64,000 nt of DNA from Antedon mediterranea (Eukaryota > Animalia > Echinodermata): NCBI RefSeq assembly GCF_964355755.1, contig NC_092676.1:29716871-29780870 (forward strand). The letters are read 5' to 3'. Positions 1-13,470 of this stretch are shown here, piece by piece. A model generated the notes under the pieces. That model saw only the letters and a list, made by a program, of their open reading frames with translations, did no database searches and had not been told where the DNA came from. The first letter of the stretch is position 1; each line of letters starts with the position of its first letter. The translations under genes were made by a program, and so were the position numbers.

Positions 1-1495
1 CTCATAACATGACCGGCAAGGCCCATGCGACGTCTTTGAATGATGGTCGTAAGACGGGGAAGGTTGGCATATAGTGTCTTGTTGGTGGCGTGTGAGGACC
101 ATGGGATGTTTTGGACTTTCCTCAGCATGCGGGTGTATGCTCCATCCAATGATTTTGAGAGCGATGAAGTAAGACTCCATGTCTCACAGCCGTAAAGAAG
201 AATGGCTTCAACTGTTGACTTAAAGAGGCGGATTTTTGTGGACTTGTTGATACGAGATGCCCATATTTTTGAAAGACTGTTCAGCGCACCCCATGCTTGA
301 CCAAGTCGTGCTTCGACATCATGGTTAGTGGATGAACAGTAGCTTCCGAGGTATTGAAATCCTCTACTTGTTCTATTGCTGATCCATCCAGTGCGAGAGT
401 TATAGAAGGTGATGAGGGGTTTAAATGTATGAATTGGGTCTTTTTGATGTTTAAGTATAAACCTATAGCTTGTGTGGCTTGTTGAATTCTGTGCAGTAGA
501 TTTTTGGCAGCATGTATGGAATCTTCAAGAATGGCGATGTCATCGGCAAAGTCCAGGTCTGGTAGTACTTCAGCTGGATGTCTTCTACTACGGCGGAGGG
601 TGAGACCGTCTGATGATGTAGTTGCTGATCGCACTACATAGTCAAGGCAGACAATAAACAAGAATGGAGCAAGAGGGTCTCCTTGAACTACGCCAGAGTC
701 GATGTTGAAGCAATCAGTCTCACCATCTGGAGTCAGGACAACTGCTGATGTATTGATATACATTACTCTGATGGCTTCTACAATTTTATGAGGGATGCCG
801 TATGCTAAGAGGATCTTCATCATGATGTTGCGATTGATGGAATCGAAGGCTTTGCGAAAGTCAATAAAGATAATGACTGCCTCTTTGTGATGGTTCTTAA
901 CCTCTTCAACAATTCTCCTCAGTGCAAGAATGTGCGTAGTTGTTGATCGTGCCTGACGAAAGCCATTCTGGTTGGGGCGTAAAACTTCATTAATCACAGG
1001 ACGTATCCTATTTAAAATCAGGCGATTGTAGATCTTTGCAGCCAATTGTGATAATGAAATACCCCTGTAGTTATCTGGTTTTGAAAGATCACCTTTTTTC
1101 GGGATATGAACCAAATTCCCCATTCTGATGGCCTGTTTCCATCAAGAATTTGATTGCAGAAAGAAGTGAGAGCTTTCTGGGTGCCAGGTAATTTCCATAT
1201 TTCGATGGGAAGACCTTCAAGACCAGGTGCTTTGCCAGATTTCATCTGTTTGCAGGCAATTGACACCTCAGCCTCGGAGCACCTCTCGGAGCTTATCTGG
1301 TGGTTAAGTTGAAGATTTTGACGATATCCATGTCATCTACCACTGAAGTCTCTACCGATAGTAGTTTGTGGAAGTGAGTTTTCCATGCTAGAAGACGATC
1401 CTCTCCCATGATGCAGGCACTTTGAGATCTCTTCCCTGAGAGTTGTTTGACAAGTTGCCATGCTGGCCATCTTAAGCTGTTGGCCGATGCTGGTT
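1..1495 (-). mobile_element. RTE-clade LINE, 5'-truncated and frameshifted reverse transcriptase
   Basis: ORFs 1018-1266 (GKAPGLEGLPIE) and 281-1123 (NYRGISL, QNGFR, FIDFRKAFDS, GVVQGDPLAP, LDFADD). Bases 1-280 continue in another frame as an RTE-type C-terminus (LLYGCETW, RMLR, LAGHVMR). The element runs off the window edge. Confidence 0.9.
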
Positions 1496-1507
1496 GATCG
1501 AAAAAAA

Positions 1508-3610
1508 TGACCAAAAAAACACATTTTCTGGTTAAATTATTCTTTAAAATGTCAATGGACACACTGTATGGTATAAAATGGAAGCATATACAATATGCTA
1601 CCCATTGCTACCCAACTTGTATTGAAATTTTTAATTAGGAATATAACTTTATGGAAAATGTGCATAATTGACTTCAGTATTTAGAATTATTATTAATTTA
1701 TCTATATCAACTGGTACGACCTTTCCTGATGATTTAAAGTTGGGTCTAGTTATATTTATTTTAAAGAAACCTTCACTGGATCATACTTGCATGGCAAATT
1801 TTCGATCTATTTCTAATGTCGCTTTTTTATCTAATTGATCCTTGAGAAATGCGTTGCTTTAGATCTCATACATTTTCTTGACGACAATAATCTGTTCGAC
1901 CCTCTTCAATCAGCATATAGAAAGCACCACAGTACAGAGTCAGCCATTCTCAAGGTGCATAATGATATTATTTTAACTCTGAATATTAAGGTAATTGTCT
2001 TTTTTCTGTGTACCTCGACCTGTCGGCAGCTTCTGATACCATGGACTATTCCATTCTTATTGCAAGACTGATCTCGTCTATTGGTATATGTGGATCTGCT
2101 CTAAATTGGTTCAAGTCATATTTGTCTTCTAGGAAGCAGCAGGTCCGGATTGGTAATGTCAAATCCACCTCTATCGACCTGAAATGCGGTGTTCCTCAAG
2201 GATCAATACTGGGTCCAGTATTGTTTTTAGTTTACATCTCGCCCATGAGTGATATCATTAAGAGACATTGTGTCCAATATCATGTGTACGCAGATGATAC
2301 ACAACTGTACATCAGCTTTAATCCAGCAGAGTTTAATGAGGCGAAATCGGTTATCGAAGCTTGTGTTGTTGATGTTCAGGATTGGCTAACTAAAAACATG
2401 CTCTTTTTAAACCTGGTAAAACAGAAATCTTATTTCTTCATTCAAAACACTTCAAGAAATTGGCCATTGCTAGAAACATCAATCACATCATCGTTGGAGG
2501 TTAGATATATCGGAGTTGTATTTGACTCAGCAACGATTATGTCCAGACATATCAACAACATTAGTAAATCTGATACCTACCACCTTCGTAACATAAGATC
2601 AATTCGCAAACACACTCCTCGCTTATTAAACTTGTCCATGCACTAATAACATCACGGTTAGACTACTGCAATGCCATTTTGTTTGGTCTACCAAATAAAG
2701 AACTTAATAAACTACAACTAAGTCTTTTCTTTTTTATACCAAATATTTCATTACAACGCTAGAATTATTTCACCTAAAATAAACTTACATTAATTTATAC
2801 TCATTTTTGTCTAAATTTAATAAAATATGCATATTTTCCAAAAATAACATCACATAATTAAATACAAGTTGGTTAGCAATGGGTAGCATATTGTATATAT
2901 GCTTTCATTTGATACCATACAGTGTGTCCATTGACATTTTAAATATTTAACCCGAAAATGTGTTTTTTGGTCAAAGGTCAGTAAAAGCATTTCCGGTCAT
3001 TTTTTGGGGTAAAAGTTGTGTTAGACCGAATATAAATATGTATATTCTGAACAATTTGACACCAAAAGCAAATCTGTATGACAAGTGGTTTTCGAGATAT
3101 AAGAACCACACATTTCTAACCTTTGACCCCGATTTTGGGCATGTTCTCCCCAGATAACGAATTTGACACATATCCCATGTTGTTCCTTGGGGTCAAATTA
3201 TCCTATAACAGTTGAGATATTCTCTCCTAAACTGAATGCATACAAATCTTACTCAGGTCCTATACTAGCAGTAGTTATTAATGAATAAAGGTCAATGACC
3301 TTTGACCCGACTATCTGACCAATGGCACAAGTAACCCAAAATTTGCAAAAAACTTTATTTTGTTGTTTGACCACTAAAACATAGATGTAGAAACCACATT
3401 TGTCTTTTTAAACCCAGGAGTTGAGGAGTTATGAGCCATCAAATGCCACAAAAAGGTGACTGACCTTTGACCCTCAATATCTCACTAACGCAGCAACTAG
3501 AAGGCTGCAAAAATTTTTTGGTAATTATTGACACCTAAAGCTACAAGAAAATACCAAAAGACCTTTTATTAGAATTTTTTCAAGGTCAAACCATATATAG
3601 CCTCTACTAA
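1508..3610. mobile_element. Long-inverted-repeat DNA transposon remnant enclosing the L2/CR1 fragment
   Basis: 1508-1685 is an imperfect reverse complement of about 2810-2973. The right arm continues with repeated TGACCTTTGACC motifs to about 3610. Family not assigned. Confidence 0.5.
1735..2720 (+). mobile_element. L2/CR1-group LINE reverse transcriptase fragment (degenerate)
   Basis: ORFs 1835-2071 and 2008-2646 contain QSAYRKHHSTESA, LDLSAASDT, GVPQGSILGP and YADDTQLY. A further frame gives [12 protein letters not shown]. Frameshifts are present. Confidence 0.88.
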
Positions 3611-4967
3611 TTGTAACGACTTTTAATTTCACCTTTTCTTGTTCATATGACATATTGATTTTAAGACAATTAATCAGAGAGGTTACTCATCGTACCGTAT
3701 GAAATGAGCATTTACCTAAAATTCACAACTCAGGGGAAATGAACTCCTAAGATTGGATTTAGCTAAGTGTAAGGTTAAAGTGTACATTTATCTATTTGAT
3801 TGCACTGATAAAAAGCTAGTGTGGCTGTCCGAAAGATCTGCAAAATTGTTTTACTTTACTGAGTTTATTTTGTATCTCCATTGATATCCAACTTCTTTTT
3901 TTGCACAACATATTATACAGATTTAAACATCTATGTATAATATAGTATACGTGCGCGCGCGTATCGTACGCTTAATGACATTTATACGCGTACTGATATT
4001 TTATAGAGGGCGTAAATACAGCAAATAGTATACAATTACATTAATATAGGTAGTCCTATACTTGTTCGTGATCATAAAGTGACATTTATATAGCAAACAT
4101 CTGTATTCTAACTGGTGTGCTACACAGAATAATAATTAATTATTACTAAGTACTAATACTAATAGCTGCACGATAGGTCATTAATAAGTTATTTATTATC
4201 AAATGGCGGTTTTTTTTATGCCAAACTAATTATTCCATTCGTACTTTAAAAAAAAAACTTGTGAAAATGAATTAGTTCCACCGAAGAGAATTATATTGTA
4301 TTTTTTATTAGTTTAATGAACCTTTAAATCTCATCAAAAAGATTCAATCGAAAACGTAGGTTAGTCTACGATTGATCTTTGAATGAAAATGTGTAATTGA
4401 ATTTGAATGCAAAGTCTTGTTAATGACATACTCAAGAACATGATTAGTACAACAATGTCGACAACGTACTTAACATGCAGCACTGAACTAAATACTGTCT
4501 TAATATATTGCATTAAAACACGTTACTCATTAAATCATCGTCGATAATTGTAGTGTACTAATTTCACGGATACACACATAATGACCATTATAACATAAGT
4601 TATGTTTTTGTAATTTAATGTGATTGAATGTCATGAAAATGTATAGAGCAAAGTGATTGTATGAATACAGATACAGTCCTAATTAAGGGTACATTACAGC
4701 CTAATAATATCCTGGTCTGGCCGTAGTTAAATACGAGTGTTCTTTGATAATGGTTGTCCGTGTACGAAAGGAAGGGTATATGCTGTACTATTGATGCTCA
4801 ATGTAAATAAAGCACACTACATTTAGATGTGGTTTTCCCTCCCCGACCCCCACCTTGGGTATAAGTACGGTAGCATTTTTAACATTGTTATTGTTTCAGA
4901 AACTACAAAAAAACTGTTAGATGTTTTGTTTTATCATCACTGATTGGTACCTTCTTTATTATTCTGA

Positions 4968-5115
4968 AGTTCCGTCTACACTATTTTGACAAAGTATGAT
5001 GTGCCCAAATATGGTAGTGATATGCCCAAATATGATAGTGATATGACATCATCCTGTCCATATATGGGCACATCACATTTTTATGTCACATAAAGTTTGA
5101 TAGTGAGACAGAGCT
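4968..5115. mobile_element. MITE family A (Harbinger/Tourist-like)
   Basis: Degenerate TIR AGCTCTGTCTACACTATCAAAC and the shared internal GATGTGCCCAAATATGGTAGTGATATG core. Confidence 0.8.
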
Positions 5116-5504
5116 TTAGAATATAAAGACAATTTTCAGAATGTTGCCATTTTCAGAAAGAGTAAGCATCATTTTGTATGTATATACGCAATGGATGATT
5201 AAATTTTACTGGGCATTAAAACAGGTTATCTGTAAATGTGTCATGAACATCATTTAGCTGGAGACACGTGGCAATTTTGGATATGTTATCTCATGTTAGC
5301 CTATGGCTCGCTTCTGTGTGTCATGTTGTACATGTGCCCTATGGCTCATTCCATGTTAACCTTTATCTAAGGTGTAATTGAATATTTAGACCATGTACCA
5401 TCAACTTTAGCATTACATTAGTTTGTGTTTAAAGACAGACATTCGTGTAGTTTGAGGTAGGCCTAACTGCAAACATTTTTAATGAAATTCTACCGGTTGT
5501 ATAA

Positions 5505-5629
5505 AGCTTTCTCTACACTATCAAACTTTGTGATGTGCCCATATATGGACATGATGATGTCATATCACTACCATATTTGGGCACATCACACTTTTTTTGT
5601 CAAACTAGTTTGATAGTGTAGACAGAGCT
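5505..5629. mobile_element. MITE family A
   Basis: TIRs agctttctctacactatcaaac / gtttgatagtgtagacagagct, flanked by TWA. Confidence 0.85.
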
Positions 5630-8600
5630 TTAGGCTTGGTCGTGTTCACACCTCATTGTTTAACATTTAAATTCGTTGTTTCGTTTCGTACTTTATGCCA
5701 ATCGACGTGTAGTTATTGAATTTTAAATGACTGTGTTCGTTAAACACGTGATTTACTATCCGTGTCGATTAAGCCACACTTTACTGCCATTCATTAAAAT
5801 TTACCGAACCAATTTGAAACTCATTAGAACACAAATGACAATACGAAGCTTAAAGGGACATTCACAAACCGTTTTGACTCTGATGATTAACTGTATATTA
5901 TATCAATAGGTCAAAGTTCAAATCGTTACTCATTCAGGTGCGTATCTCACAACGTATTACATTGTCATACTGTTTTCGAAGAAGTAGTTCATTGAAATAT
6001 AGGCCTCCTGGAATGTTTATAAACTATAAAATATTATTGATAAATATAATAGAAACATTAAAAGTAAATTTATGAAAGTATATCCATTAAGATAATCTAA
6101 AAATGTCATACAACTGGCTATGTGATAATGTGCGCAAATCGTGTTACGTCACAAATACGCGTGTGAAAGCGCTGTAGGGATATTAGTGTGAGCTTGTGAA
6201 AAGTAATGTAGTGTAATCGTGTATAATACATTATTATTACACGCGGGTCGTATACATAGAATACGCATTGAACCGATGCAGTAGCAGAAGTACCGGTTGA
6301 AAATTCCCATAAATTTATACGGCGACAGCTCCTGTGTGTATCATTTAGAACTCTGTATTCGTTATTATCCTGTTGTTACAAGCTTAACTGTAAATAGTCG
6401 CTGATTATATTCTAATGGTTTTAATTAACTGTTCATAAAAGAAAAAAAACATTGATGACAATTGCAATGTTAACTTACATACGCTAGATTTAATATCTAA
6501 ATTTAGGGTAAATTGTGGTTTGTCTTATGTTACGCATTAGTAGGCTAGATGCTGCTTACGAAGGTCGTTTTCACAAATCACCAAAGTAAATTAAACTCAT
6601 CTAAGTGTAAATATGAATTATTCCCTAATTTGCAATTAATTGCATGCCGTTGGAAAATCAAACGACAATACGGAAAAGTAAAACAATTAAATCGCGTACA
6701 AATCGCGTGTCCATTATATTTTGCAGGCCACTGATGACGAAATACGTTACGATTTTAAAGAAATTAAACAAATATTAATAAACAATTGACATAATTCGTC
6801 TGGAATTAAGTGTTTTCTTGTAACAATCTTGTTACATTCTTTACAGTTTATGTTGCCTAGTAATTGGCGCGCATTTTGCAACGCGCTGCTAAAAGATAAT
6901 TAGAATACGGAAAGGAATTCAAACGCCGGAATGTAATCTTTTAATCTTTACGTCGTGGAGGTTTTCATAATGTTAATTATAACGCTTATCACTCTTACAA
7001 GTCATTCATGGTGCTCTTATAACAGGAAACTACAACGTGTTTCAAATTATGTTAAAAGAGAATATAGTCTAACATTGGTGTAAACGCATTTAAAAAAACC
7101 TAAACGCGTTTTTACCAGAACGTAATTTACAACCATATTGTGCATAGTTATAGCCATAAGCCACTCAAAAGCTCTTAAGATAAGCACTGTGTTTAGATTT
7201 CAAGAGCTAAGTAAATTAAGCTAAACAACATTGGAAACGCTGTACATTGTAACCGTTTAAAAAAATGTGTCCTCTAAGATCTGGACGATTGCCCACTGCA
7301 CTGTGGTCACTATAATTAAAATCGCTCCTCGCTAATTTCCAAAGTATACACTTAAAATGAAGAATATATTATTATTTGATTAGTTTTCAATGACTAATTT
7401 ATGTAAAATTATTCAAGTTTACGTGTACTTTTAGATAGATATAGGTGGTGGGGATTACGTTACCTTACCTTTATTGTCGACTATTTTATTTTACACGATA
7501 TACATTCAGAGCCACGCGCCTCATGAATACTGAGGAACGCCTCATGAAACAACCTGTATTGCATTAAAATGTTTAAGATAGGCCTATGAGTGCATTTGAC
7601 TTTTATTTCTATTCTGCTCTGCATTACATCGAACACTTTTGCCTAACATGACAGCCTACTCTGAATAGTAACGCATGCATAAAAAATGGCATAGCATAAC
7701 ATGTTTATCTGTATTTGCACACGCGCGTGCGCGTCTACTTTGTGTGTCACGCGTTAAGCCGAGTTGGATGGTTTGTGGATAAACATTCATCCTTCTTTAT
7801 TGTACTAGTGCTAATCATTGGAGTTTAAAATAACATTAACTACTGTTATTTAATTTACTTTATACATTTCTCTAGCTAAGTACTTCCTTTTTCAATCTGA
7901 GTTCCAAACCATCTAAACCCCTTCTTTAAAACATCTTGACGTCATTAATGTTGATGGTAAGCCTTAGATATATTGACGTTCAGTTTCTATTAGGCAATAT
8001 TATATCTATTCATATAGATAAGAACTGTATATTACTATAAAGTGTCAGCAGCAGCAGTGTGCATGGGCTTACGAAGCGACACTGTTTTTGTTTAATGGGA
8101 AATGTAATCGTACTTAAGGCCTCTGAAGGAGGCAAAGCTATAGTACCACATTGGGCATCATTTTTATCCTCGTATCACAGGCTATAGCCTTATTATTATT
8201 GGTATAACGAAGGCAGATGTGAAGTATTTTACAATAGCAATAATTATGTTAATATCTTTAAACAATAACCATGGTTTGTGTACTTAAGTCTATACTTTAA
8301 ATAGTGCATTATATCAGCCTAATGCGCTGTTTATTAATACATTGCGAGGAGAGTCAGTAGCCTCTTACAGCCGGTCTATAACCCGTTCGCATTAATCTTT
8401 ACTATTCATAAACTAATGATGATCCTACAAAGACAGACTCTTTAGTAACCGCAGTCAAATTGCACGAGATAATACCCTTTGGAAATTGCTTTACAGAAGA
8501 CGATAGCTTCTTACTTAAGTCGATACTTGAAAGTAGCTAGTATTCATACTTAAATCCATATACTTAAGTTATCGCGACCAAACGAGATGGCGGCGGCGGC

Positions 8601-10771
8601 GCGTAAATGCTTCACAGACATTATGATGCGTCTTATAAACATTTAAGATTGAACACGTTTGTGTTGAGCACATCATGTGTACCGTACAATAAAAATGTTG
8701 TACAATACGTTAATTGTTATTATTCGAGTGACACCTCGACAAAGACATAATGTAAGTTGTTAACGTCGCGTATAATACGCACTTTGATTTCAACATGGCG
8801 TCTTCGTGTACAAAATCTACAGTCTTTAATTTGCGTGGAATTTTAATTTGCTTGTCAAAATGACCAAATATGTGGGTGATAGTAGTGTAGGTGTCATAGT
8901 GATTAATACTAATTATATTCCTTAGAATAATAATAGTAATAAGTCGACAAAAAAGTTTAATTTGTATTGTGTAACCTTTTAAAATTTCAAACTCTATTTG
9001 GCAATAATTTCAAAATGAAAATATGGACTGTAACTTTGAATTTCAAGACGTCGTGTTATATTAAGTGAACCAAAATCTTATTTAAAATTACAGTTTTACA
9101 TTCTTAGCCAATAGTGACATTCATCATTTTAGTGCAGTTCTGTCTTTGCAATTGACAGTTATCATACAAATAAGAGAAGATATAGGAAGATGTCTAAACT
9201 GCTTCATTTGATATATTTCATGTAATCTGATCATACAACGAAATAAAATGATGTCATAAGAAACGCGACATAGTTTGTGCCCTAGACCTTACGCACGAAA
9301 TAACTAATATACTGTTATTATCAATACGCCATTGATGTAATAGTATGCGGTACGCGTGCGGTGCGTGCAATAAATACAGTAGTATGCGGTTCACGTGTGG
9401 TGCGTGCAATAATTGACAGACGAACATTATACTTATCAGTTTGTTGACATTTTTATGAAACGTTACGAATGTAAGTTCAGACTTTATGAAAGAAGACTAA
9501 ATGAATAAAGCCAATGATATTACTAATTGGAATATTTAGCAGAGTTAAGACTGTCTCAAGTTTCCATGAATACTCTGCATTTATGTACTGTTTAGAACTT
9601 AATAATAAAAAAAATAGGTCGGGTAGGCATCAGTCGGCTAGTGAAACACATCGGTGTATTTCTTTTAAATCGTATTTATTCACCATGGCTTCCTGCATAA
9701 TTTGACGCGCTTGTGTTAAATGTATTATTGGTCAAAATGAATATATATTCGTTGCTGCGTTAAATTAATGATTGCTGTACGTTATATTGCCATGCTAAGA
9801 CTACTCACCTATTTATAATCGTTTAGTCATTCACATAATCACTTGTTTTTAGTCGTATTATTTATATAAAAAGGTTTTAGCATAGCTAGGCTCAATGATG
9901 TGGTATACAGCTTGTAAAGAACAGGTGCATGAGTGGTGACCTAATGGTGGAAACCTGGCGAAATGTTAATGATGAAATATTGATTACATTAATTATGAAA
10001 TATTGATAAAATTAATGACGAAATACTCATAAAATTTATGATGAAATGTTGATAACATTAATGATGAAATAGTGATAACATGAATGATGGCGGTGATATC
10101 GTATCAATTGAGGATGCTGCTCATGGTGATAACATTGATGAAGAAATGGTAATCCCAATGATGATGGTGGTGATAACGATATTTTATGACAGAAATAGAT
10201 GATAACGATCTGTATGACGTAGTTGGAGAGATAAATGAACAGACGTTTACCTTCCACAAAAGATTAGAGCATAAAAAAAAAAGGAAATATGTTTGCAAAG
10301 AAAATCTTTTACACTAAAATGATGAAGATTAAGCTATATAAATGGATACTATATAACATTTTGCATTTCTGTTATACAGTAATACTGAATTATGTTGTAA
10401 TTTTTCATTGAAGAACAATATATATTACAGAGAATGAAACGAAAAAGGGAAAACACCACAGTACTAAATTTTAAAAGGAGGCGTGTTTTCATGGAGCGTA
10501 TCTCGAAGAATTGCATTCTTACAGTCTTGAGAAAACTAGGCCTATGGTTATTAGCTTGCTAAAATTGCAACATTTTGCTGAAGGCGTTTTGTAATGTTTC
10601 CTTCAGTGTAACGTTAACGGTAAAATTATGATAACTGATGTGTTAGCATTATGGTAAGATCGATACTTTGTTAGTTACTTAGTTTCAATTGTACACTTTT
10701 CTCTAATAAACGCGTTGTCTGTGTGTGGTATGGAATTTAATGTGTGACACACTCCGATATCGTATTAGTTA

Positions 10772-11106
10772 AGCTTGGTTCCCAGTAGGACGTAACGCAA
10801 GGACGTACACGCAACGCAAACGTGTTGACCAATGACAAGCGACAGTTCGAAGAATCCCTCGCTTGTGATTGGTCAACTCACTTACGTTGCGTTACGTCCT
10901 TGTGTTGCGTCTCTACTGAGAACAAATCATTAGTATGGTGCTTCGTGGGGATTCAGATGTTGAACTTCCTAAAACTTGGTTCCCATTTTTGATGCAACGC
11001 AAGGACGAAATGACAGCTTGGATGATTTGTCGTGATTGGTCGACTCGCTCACGACGTGCGTTGTGCTGCCTACGTCGTTATGTTGGGTCCAAATGGGAAC
11101 CAAGCT
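10772..11106. mobile_element. MITE family B, two adjacent copies (10772-10931 and 10973-11106)
   Basis: TIR AGCTTGGTTCCCA..GGACGCAACGCAAGGACG with internal inverted GACCAATCACAAGCG / CGCTTGTGATTGGTC. Confidence 0.75.
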
Positions 11107-11801
11107 CATATCTCAGCAACTTTCCAATTATATAAAAAAGGGAAAATGCCTTCTAATGTGTTAAAATTGTATTACAATTGGGAATGAGTATGTTTGTTAA
11201 ACAATGAATCCCGTAAGTATACAACAATACATTGATTTACAAATGACGTATACTAATGTCTTTAACCTAGCTAGACACACACATAATAATTTTGTTTTTC
11301 AATTACGGAATACTTAATTCCTTTGGTGCTTATATTTAACATGTGATTGATCAAGCGTGACTATTTATTTTTGTATATTTAGTAGCATCGTGGATTATGA
11401 TCTTAGTAATTTGTTTTTCATTTATCTCAACTCGAAATTAAAGACATCTATTAGCATTATATTGATTACTTTAATCTTGTTATTAAATCCAACTGATTAT
11501 TACGAGAACCAAATTAACTAGTTGCTGTTACAATAATCTGACGCGTCTCTTTACAATAATAAATTACCCATAATCCTACGCGAATCTTACCATATTTGTC
11601 ACATCTCGGTCAGTGACGTCATCACAAAAAGACGCGCGCGTTTAACTGCTGTTCTCTTTTTCCTTAATACAAATATTCATAAATACAGAAGCGTAGGTGG
11701 CAATGAATGTAATATAGCTCATTATAAATAATGCATGAAGCGTAAGGGCTGCGATAGGATTTAACGTTATGTCAATGTTTCCCTAACGCATGTTTCCCTA
11801 A

Positions 11802-12158
11802 AGCTTAGTTCCCACTTAAGCTCTGTCTACACTATCAAACTTTATATGACAACAAAATGTGATGTGCCTACATATGGATACGATGACGCATATCACTACC
11901 ATATTTGGGCATACCACTGCCATCATTAGAAGTAACGCCAGAGATGATCCATCGCGTCGTGATCGGTCACACATTACTTGTGGTGTGCTTCTAAAGCTCT
12001 GTCTACACAATCCAACTTCATGTGACAAAATGTGATATCACTACCACATTTTGTCATATCACTACCACATTTGGGCACATCACACTTTTTTTGTCAAACT
12101 AATTTGATAGTGTAGATAGCTTAGCTTTACGTCCTTGCGTCCAAGTGGGAACCGAGTT
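11802..12158. mobile_element. MITE family B copy interrupted by two family A copies (11819-11925 partial, 11995-12121)
   Basis: B ends agcttagttcccact and gtccttgcgtccaagtgggaaccgagt enclose two A-type TIR/core sequences. Confidence 0.75.
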
Positions 12159-12517
12159 TAACACGATTGTGATGATACGTAAAAGCTGTGGTTCTTAGTG
12201 GAAATGAACTCGTAGCGAAGGTACTGTACTTAATTGATAATCGTGAGCTGAATTTGTTTTTATTTTAAATCAAAATCTACGTACATTATTTAAATAACGA
12301 TTTATATATAGTGATATTATCCTAACATTAAACAAAACCTACACAAACCATATGAATAACATAAATGTTTAATGTAGTATTCATAACATAGCCTCGTATA
12401 AAATCCATACAATGTATAAAAAGCTGTATTGAGAGAATTTCCGATTCCTACTACATTAATCGATTGAAACGATGCAATTACATTATATGAAAGTCAAGAG
12501 AGATTATAACCTGTTCT

Positions 12518-13470
12518 ATTATACAGATATTGACTGCTTAGAGGTTAAATATAAGATTTGACATCCCCGAGGGAATGATATTAAGTTCGAGGGAATATAT
12601 ATTTCCCGAAGCGCCAGCTGAGGGAAATATATATTCCCCGAGAACTTAATATCATTCCCGAGGGGATGTCAAATCTTATATTTAACCGATATAAAAGGCA
12701 ATATCTGTTATATTATATAGCCAAGAACAAGTCTGCTGGGTTGGGTGAAGCTAGGCTAGCTAGGCCTCCTTATAGTATTTGTATTGTATTTAAAACAAGC
12801 CTGCCTAGACACCTTACCTTGCGAAGAATAATATACAGATAATTACTAATTAATGATTCCTTGGCAATAAAATATTCACTTAGGCCTAGGTCGTTTAAAT
12901 TAACAGAAGAATTTCCATCAATAAGCCTATTAATAATAATATTATAATCAGGTAGGCCGAATAAACAATTCGTCGTCTTCTCGATCTTCGAGGAGCCGAA
13001 TCACCGGATGTTCAGCGCGTACTAGTTACTAGGTTACTACCGTGAGTTTTGACCAATCATAAACGGTGTTTCATCACATTTAGGGTGGACTTATAACAAA
13101 TGAGGGCGCTATGTATGCATAGCTTAAATAGTTTAGAAGATTAATTTCTTCAAGCAAATTCCGTGGCCCAGCGGATGAAACGTCGTCTTGCGATGGAGTG
13201 ACAATTCCACCCGAGTTCAAGATCGAGTAGATGACTTTTGTTTATTTATCGGCAAACTCGAGTGTTGCACACGAAAATTACACAGTCAATATCATCGTAC
13301 TCGAGAATTTATATGATTAATGACAGGGGACACGATTATTACGCGAAAATTACAAAGTCAATATCATCGTTCTCGAGGATATATACGATTTACGATCCTC
13401 GCAGCGGTAGTCATGTGATGCAGTTTCAACCAATCACGTTCACGTATTTACATAGGCTATGTAATATAAT
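12518..13470. mobile_element. Non-autonomous element with a long terminal hairpin (possibly Crypton-like)
   Basis: Foldback 12543-12687 near one end, ATTATA/TATAAT-like termini and a CCAATCA motif near the other end. The family assignment is inference. Confidence 0.45.

Noticed and set aside
9930-10300. His/Ile-rich ORFs 10036-10257 and 10104-10298
   Set aside because: Translation of a degenerate (GAT)n low-complexity tract.
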